DNA from: an uncultured cyanobacterium
Lineage (GTDB): Bacteria > Cyanobacteriota > Cyanobacteriia > CAKZMO01
Assembly (NCBI GenBank): GCA_963719515.1
Contig: CAVRCJ010000006.1
Location: forward strand, 160,001 to 224,000
DNA length: 64,000 bases
Direction of reading: 5' to 3'
In this document: in pieces, positions 59,701 through 64,000 of the stretch
Position numbering within the stretch: position 1 is the stretch's first letter
Layout: every line of letters begins with the position of its first letter
Program-made: the position numbers and the translations under genes
The notes under the pieces: model-generated
Told to the model about the DNA's origin: nothing
What the model saw: the letters and a program-made list of their open reading frames with translations, nothing else
Database searches by the model: none

Positions 59701-60189
59701 ATGCTAAAACGATCTTTTTTATTAATCGCGATCGCTGTTTTGTTCGCGTTCCAGCTGATGGGGTCAGCCACAGCCCTTGAGCTAGACGCTGAGACGCGGA
59801 CCATACCGCTGAATGACGACGGAGAGTCGCTCGTGCTCAGTCTTGAGCAAATTACGCTGGGCAGACGGCAGTTTAATACGGCCTGCGCCAGCTGCCACCT
59901 GGCCGGCGTTACGCGCACTAACCCCAATATTGACCTGAGCCCTGAAGCGCTGTCGCTGGCAACTCCGCCAAGAGACAATATGGAGGCTCTGATAGACTAC
60001 ATCGAAGAGCCGACCTCCTACGACGGTCTCTATGACATTTCAGAGGTCCACCCGGCGATCAAGTCTTCAGATATCTTCCCGAAGATGAGAAACCTTTCGG
60101 ATGAGGATGTCAAGGCGATCGCAGGCCATATTTTGCTTCAGCCTAGGGTCAACGCTGCTCGCTGGTCAGGTGGTAAAGCTTACTACTAA
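59701..60189 (+). CDS. psbV: photosystem II cytochrome c550
   Basis: signal peptide, CASCH, LATPPRDN, PTSYDG, HP.IKS.DIFPKMRNL and W.GGK.YY. Confidence 0.95.
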   Translation: MLKRSFLLIAIAVLFAFQLMGSATALELDAETRTIPLNDDGESLVLSLEQITLGRRQFNTACASCHLAGVTRTNPNIDLSPEALSLATPPRDNMEALIDYIEEPTSYDGLYDISEVHPAIKSSDIFPKMRNLSDEDVKAIAGHILLQPRVNAARWSGGKAYY

Positions 60190-60234
60190 TTTCCACTTCA
60201 GCGCCATCGATGCATAAGCATTAATACTCAGCTG

Positions 60235-60263
60235 AAACGGGGCGAAGATTCGCCCCGTTTTTT
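60235..60263 (+). terminator. rho-independent terminator after psbV
   Basis: AAACGGGGCGAA-GA-TTCGCCCCGTTT followed by TTT. Confidence 0.8.
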
Positions 60264-60468
60264 GCTTTCTGCCTATGCGGCCCTTCTCACTTGCTTGGCC
60301 TCTTTTTTTAGGGCCTACGAGGCCCCGTCAAATCTGTTTTACACCCTGCTTCTAGCCGCCGTTGTCAGGCCTGCTGTTGACCTGCAGCAGGAGGTCAACA
60401 AGCCGGTCTTAACAGTGCTACGATTGCCACATACCAAAAAAAAAGAAAGTTAAAGGACGTAGTACGTC

Positions 60469-62619
60469 ATGTTTGAAGACATAGAGAAGTCGATATCAAT
60501 CGACGGAAGAGATATTCAGCTACGGATCAACTTTCTCGCTCCGCAGGCCGGTGGTTCGGTTTTAGTTCAGTCGGAAGGCACCGCCGTTTTAGTCACGGCA
60601 ACGCGCTCATCAGGCAGGGAAGGCATCGACTTTTTGCCGCTGCTGGTGGATTACGAAGAGCGCCTCTATGCCGCAGGCCGCATTCCGGGAGGGTTTCTGC
60701 GCCGTGAAGGGCGACCCCCCGAGAAGGCAACCCTCACCAGCCGCCTCATTGACCGCCCGATGCGACCGCTGTTTCCCCAGTGGCTGCGGGACGACATTCA
60801 GATTGTAGCTACCACGGTGTCCATGGATGAGCGGGTTCCCCCCGACGTGCTAGCGGTCACCGGCGCGTCGTTGGCGACGCTGCTGGCGCAGATTCCGTTT
60901 AATGGGCCGATGGCGGCGGTGCGAGTTGGGCTATTGGGCGACGACTTTATCATCAACCCCACCTATGAAGAGGTGGAAAAGGGTGATTTGGACCTGATCG
61001 TGGCGGGGTCTCCCGACGGCGTGATCATGGTGGAAGCCGGGGCCAACCAGCTTCCCGAGCAGGACGTCATCGAAGCCATTGACTTTGGCTATGAGGTGGT
61101 GCGCGATTTGATTCAGGCGCAGCGCGACATTATCGAGGAGCTAGGGCTGAAGCCAGTGACGGCGGAGGCGCCCGTGGCGGACGCGAAGCTAGAGGCGTTC
61201 ATCAGCGATCGCGCTACCGAGGACGTCAAGCAGGTGCTCAGCCGCTTTGAGCAAACCAAGGCCGATCGCGACGGGGCGCTAGACGAAATTAAGGCCAAAA
61301 TCAGCGGCGCGATCGCTGAACTCCCTGAGACTGACCCCATCAAAGTGGCGGTGGCGGAAGATGGCAAAGCCCTAGGCAAATTGTTCAAGAGTCTCACCAA
61401 GTCCCTGATGCGTAAGCAGATCGTGGACGACGGCGTGCGGGTTGACGGCCGCAAGCTCGATGAGGTGCGTCCCATCCGCTGCCACACCCACGTGCTGCCG
61501 GACCGGGTGCACGGGTCTGCCGTCTTTCAGCGGGGGCTTACTCAGGTGATGTCGATTGTTACGCTGGGCACCCCCGGCGACGCTCAGGACATGGACGACC
61601 TCCACCCCAACGACTCTAAGCGCTACCTGCACCACTACAACTTCCCCCCCTACTCCGTCGGTGAAACCAAGCCGATGCGATCGCCCGGGCGGCGCGAAAT
61701 TGGTCACGGCGCGTTGGCGGAGCGAGCGATTATGCCCGTGCTGCCGCCGCAGGAAGAGTTTCCCTATGTGGTGAGGGTGGTGTCAGAGGTGCTGTCCTCC
61801 AACGGCTCTACCTCCATGGGCTCGGTGTGCGGCTCCACGCTGTCGCTGATGGATGCAGGCGTACCGCTAGCCAAGCCGGTGAGCGGCACCGCCATGGGCC
61901 TGATCAAAGAAGGCGACGAGGTGCGCATCCTCACCGATATTCAGGGCATTGAGGACTTTTTGGGCGACATGGACTTCAAGGTGGCGGGCACCGACGGCGG
62001 TATCACCGCGCTACAGATGGACATGAAAATCAACGGCCTGCCCATGTCGGTGATTGCCGACGCCATCAACCAGGCCAAGCCGGCCCGCATGCATATCCTG
62101 GAGAAGATGCTGGCGACGCTGCCCGAGCCCCGCGAGGAGATGTCTCCCTACGCGCCTCGCCTGCTGACGATGACCATTGCCCCCGACCTGATCGGCATGG
62201 TGATTGGCCCTGGCGGCAAGACCATTAAGGGCATCACGGAGCAGACCGGTGCCAAGGTCGACATTGAGGATAGCGGTCTGATCACCATTTCCTCCGTCAA
62301 CGGCGACAACGCCAAGAAAGCCCGCAGCATCATTGAGGGGATGACCCGCAAGCTGTCGGCGGGCGACGTCTATGTAGGCCGGGTAACGCGCATCATTCCT
62401 ATCGGAGCCTTTGTGGAGGTGCTGCCCGGTAAAGAGGGCATGATTCACATCTCTCAGCTCGCGGACTACCGCGTGGGCAAGGTAGAAGACGAAGTTGCAG
62501 TGGGCGACGAGGTGATCGTCAAGGTGCGGGAAATCGACAACAAGGGACGCGTGAACCTCACGCGGCTCAATATCCATCCCGATGAAGCCGCCGCTGCTCG
62601 GGCCGAAGTCGAAAGCTAG
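60469..62619 (+). CDS. pnp: polyribonucleotide nucleotidyltransferase
   Basis: [40 protein letters not shown] and S1 domains. Confidence 0.99.
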   Translation: MFEDIEKSISIDGRDIQLRINFLAPQAGGSVLVQSEGTAVLVTATRSSGREGIDFLPLLVDYEERLYAAGRIPGGFLRREGRPPEKATLTSRLIDRPMRPLFPQWLRDDIQIVATTVSMDERVPPDVLAVTGASLATLLAQIPFNGPMAAVRVGLLGDDFIINPTYEEVEKGDLDLIVAGSPDGVIMVEAGANQLPEQDVIEAIDFGYEVVRDLIQAQRDIIEELGLKPVTAEAPVADAKLEAFISDRATEDVKQVLSRFEQTKADRDGALDEIKAKISGAIAELPETDPIKVAVAEDGKALGKLFKSLTKSLMRKQIVDDGVRVDGRKLDEVRPIRCHTHVLPDRVHGSAVFQRGLTQVMSIVTLGTPGDAQDMDDLHPNDSKRYLHHYNFPPYSVGETKPMRSPGRREIGHGALAERAIMPVLPPQEEFPYVVRVVSEVLSSNGSTSMGSVCGSTLSLMDAGVPLAKPVSGTAMGLIKEGDEVRILTDIQGIEDFLGDMDFKVAGTDGGITALQMDMKINGLPMSVIADAINQAKPARMHILEKMLATLPEPREEMSPYAPRLLTMTIAPDLIGMVIGPGGKTIKGITEQTGAKVDIEDSGLITISSVNGDNAKKARSIIEGMTRKLSAGDVYVGRVTRIIPIGAFVEVLPGKEGMIHISQLADYRVGKVEDEVAVGDEVIVKVREIDNKGRVNLTRLNIHPDEAAAARAEVES

Positions 62620-62636
62620 ACCTGAGCCTTGCACCA

Positions 62637-63143
62637 ATGCCTTCCAACGTGACGCAGTATCTACTGCTAGAGAACCTCATCTTCCTGAGCGTGAGCACCC
62701 TGTTTTTGGTGGCCGCGGGCTACGCCTGGCGAAATCTAAAGCCGTTCGCGTTGCCCAAGCCGCTGCCAGGGTGGTTTTTCCTTTGGTTTGGGTCGGTTCA
62801 GATCTTGGGAGGCATTGTCCCTATTCTTGTTTTGATCTGGGGCATTTGGCAGCGAAACGCCCTAGTTGTGACGGTGCTGGCCCCATTTTTGATTCTGCTG
62901 GGGCTACAGGTTTTAGCGGAGAGCGTGACGCTGAGGCGATCGCAGTCGGTGATCTGGGTAATGGTGCCCTATCTCTATTTGCCCTATCGAATCTGGCAGC
63001 TGTGGGAGGGGTGGCTTTGGCTTGATGACCCCACCTCTAGCTGGCTGGGATGGCTGCTGGCTTTTGAGGTAGGGGTGTGGACCCTCAACTACCTGCTAGA
63101 TCTAGCCCAGCTGCCGCGCCTGCTTCGATGGCCCGAGGCATGA
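62637..63143 (+). CDS. hypothetical membrane protein
   Basis: several hydrophobic helices; sits between pnp and the next gene. Confidence 0.75.
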   Translation: MPSNVTQYLLLENLIFLSVSTLFLVAAGYAWRNLKPFALPKPLPGWFFLWFGSVQILGGIVPILVLIWGIWQRNALVVTVLAPFLILLGLQVLAESVTLRRSQSVIWVMVPYLYLPYRIWQLWEGWLWLDDPTSSWLGWLLAFEVGVWTLNYLLDLAQLPRLLRWPEA

Positions 63144-64000
63144 TTTCAAAGCTCAGGCGGCAACGGTGCCTGTTGCTTATCGCCATCGCCGTAGTCTTAG
63201 CGGCTTGCCACCCCCCCAATCAGCTCTTTGCTGACCAGCCGCTGCAGGCGGGCGAGCCGCTCAAGATCGGCGTCATCGTGCCTGAAACGGGGACATACGC
63301 CAAGATTAGTCTCCCAATCATCGATGCCCTCCTGCTGATGCGCGACACGGTTAACGCCTGCGGCGGCGTCAACCGGGCTCCCATTTCTTTAGTCTTCTAC
63401 GACCACGAGGCCGAGCGCCAGACAGAAGCGACGGGGATGCGTCACCTCGTGAACGATGTCGATGTTCACGGGATTGTTGCGGCCCTCATAGAGCCGCTGT
63501 CGATCGATACTCTGGCGATCGCCTTAGACCGTGACGTCAGCGTCATTTCTCCCACCACAACGGCCACGGTGCAGCCCAAGCGACGCCTATCTCTCAGAGG
63601 ATGGGGGCAGCTCAGCTTGACCGAGACGCAGCAGGGGCGGGCTTTAGCCAAGCTGGCGATCGCTCAAGGCTGGCAGCGGGCTGGCCTTTTAGTGAGCGAT
63701 ACCGATAGCGGCCTGCGGTTTGCGCGGGCGTTTACCCCTGTGTTCGAGTCCTTAGATGGCGTTGTGGTCAATAATGGTCCCATGCTTGCTCCCGCTGAGC
63801 CGCTGATGGAGTCAGAAAGTGGCTCGTTTTTCTCTACTGCCGCCCCCAGTGAAGAAAGCGATGCCGCAGCCGCAGACACCAGCGATGCCGTAGCCTTGGC
63901 GCGCACCGTGGACGTACTCGTTGCGTCCTTGGATGGTCCCCAGGGCTATAGTCTGTTGAAGTCTGTCGTAGAGCAAGCTCCCGGTCTCCCTGTCCTGCTC
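63140..64000 (+). CDS. ABC transporter substrate-binding lipoprotein (branched-chain amino acid/NatB-like), 3'-truncated
   Basis: absent from the ORF track (runs off the window); my translation gives MISKLRR...VLAAC...PLKIGVIVPETG...TVNACGGVN; ATGA overlap with the upstream stop. Confidence 0.8.
   Translation, partial: MISKLRRQRCLLLIAIAVVLAACHPPNQLFADQPLQAGEPLKIGVIVPETGTYAKISLPIIDALLLMRDTVNACGGVNRAPISLVFYDHEAERQTEATGMRHLVNDVDVHGIVAALIEPLSIDTLAIALDRDVSVISPTTTATVQPKRRLSLRGWGQLSLTETQQGRALAKLAIAQGWQRAGLLVSDTDSGLRFARAFTPVFESLDGVVVNNGPMLAPAEPLMESESGSFFSTAAPSEESDAAAADTSDAVALARTVDVLVASLDGPQGYSLLKSVVEQAPGLPVLL

Noticed and set aside
1..64000. tRNA, rRNA and cobalamin or other riboswitches; the many short antisense ORFs in the track
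   Set aside because: No convincing RNA signatures seen; the short ORFs overlap well-supported genes, as expected in GC-rich DNA.

Overview
Chromosomal window of a GC-rich, probably filamentous cyanobacterium (dense HIP1 GCGATCGC, beta-carboxysome and PSII genes; Leptolyngbya/Nodosilinea-like by impression only). Most of it is core metabolism: sat, ccaA, ilvE, ureC, cbiB, rpsD, moaA, cbiD, guaA, mgdA, ccmK-L-M-N-O divergent from ndhF4-ndhD4-cupB, a CyaB-type adenylate cyclase, cphBA, trmD, ispF, hslO, ackA, coaX, psbV and pnp. There are three accessory zones. (1) 7.5-9.3 kb: two near-identical 392-bp non-autonomous IS200/IS605 elements that keep a promoter-like motif and the TnpB 3'-end/omega-RNA region bracket a peptidoglycan-binding gene. 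(2) 11.8-15.4 kb: an AT-rich island with no HIP1 seen, encoding a ribbon-helix-helix protein, a degenerate PIN + LeuA-regulatory-domain fusion, a divergent Zn-ribbon protein and a membrane PG-binding protein, closed by an IS630-derived MITE. (3) 48.8-54.2 kb: nested repeats and two cas-less CRISPR arrays of different repeat families around a small divergent RHH/hypothetical gene pair. Smaller signals include three phased DnaA boxes, a CcmM lacking a Zn ligand, and a caspase homologue with both catalytic residues substituted. All calls come from reading the sequence; no searches were run.
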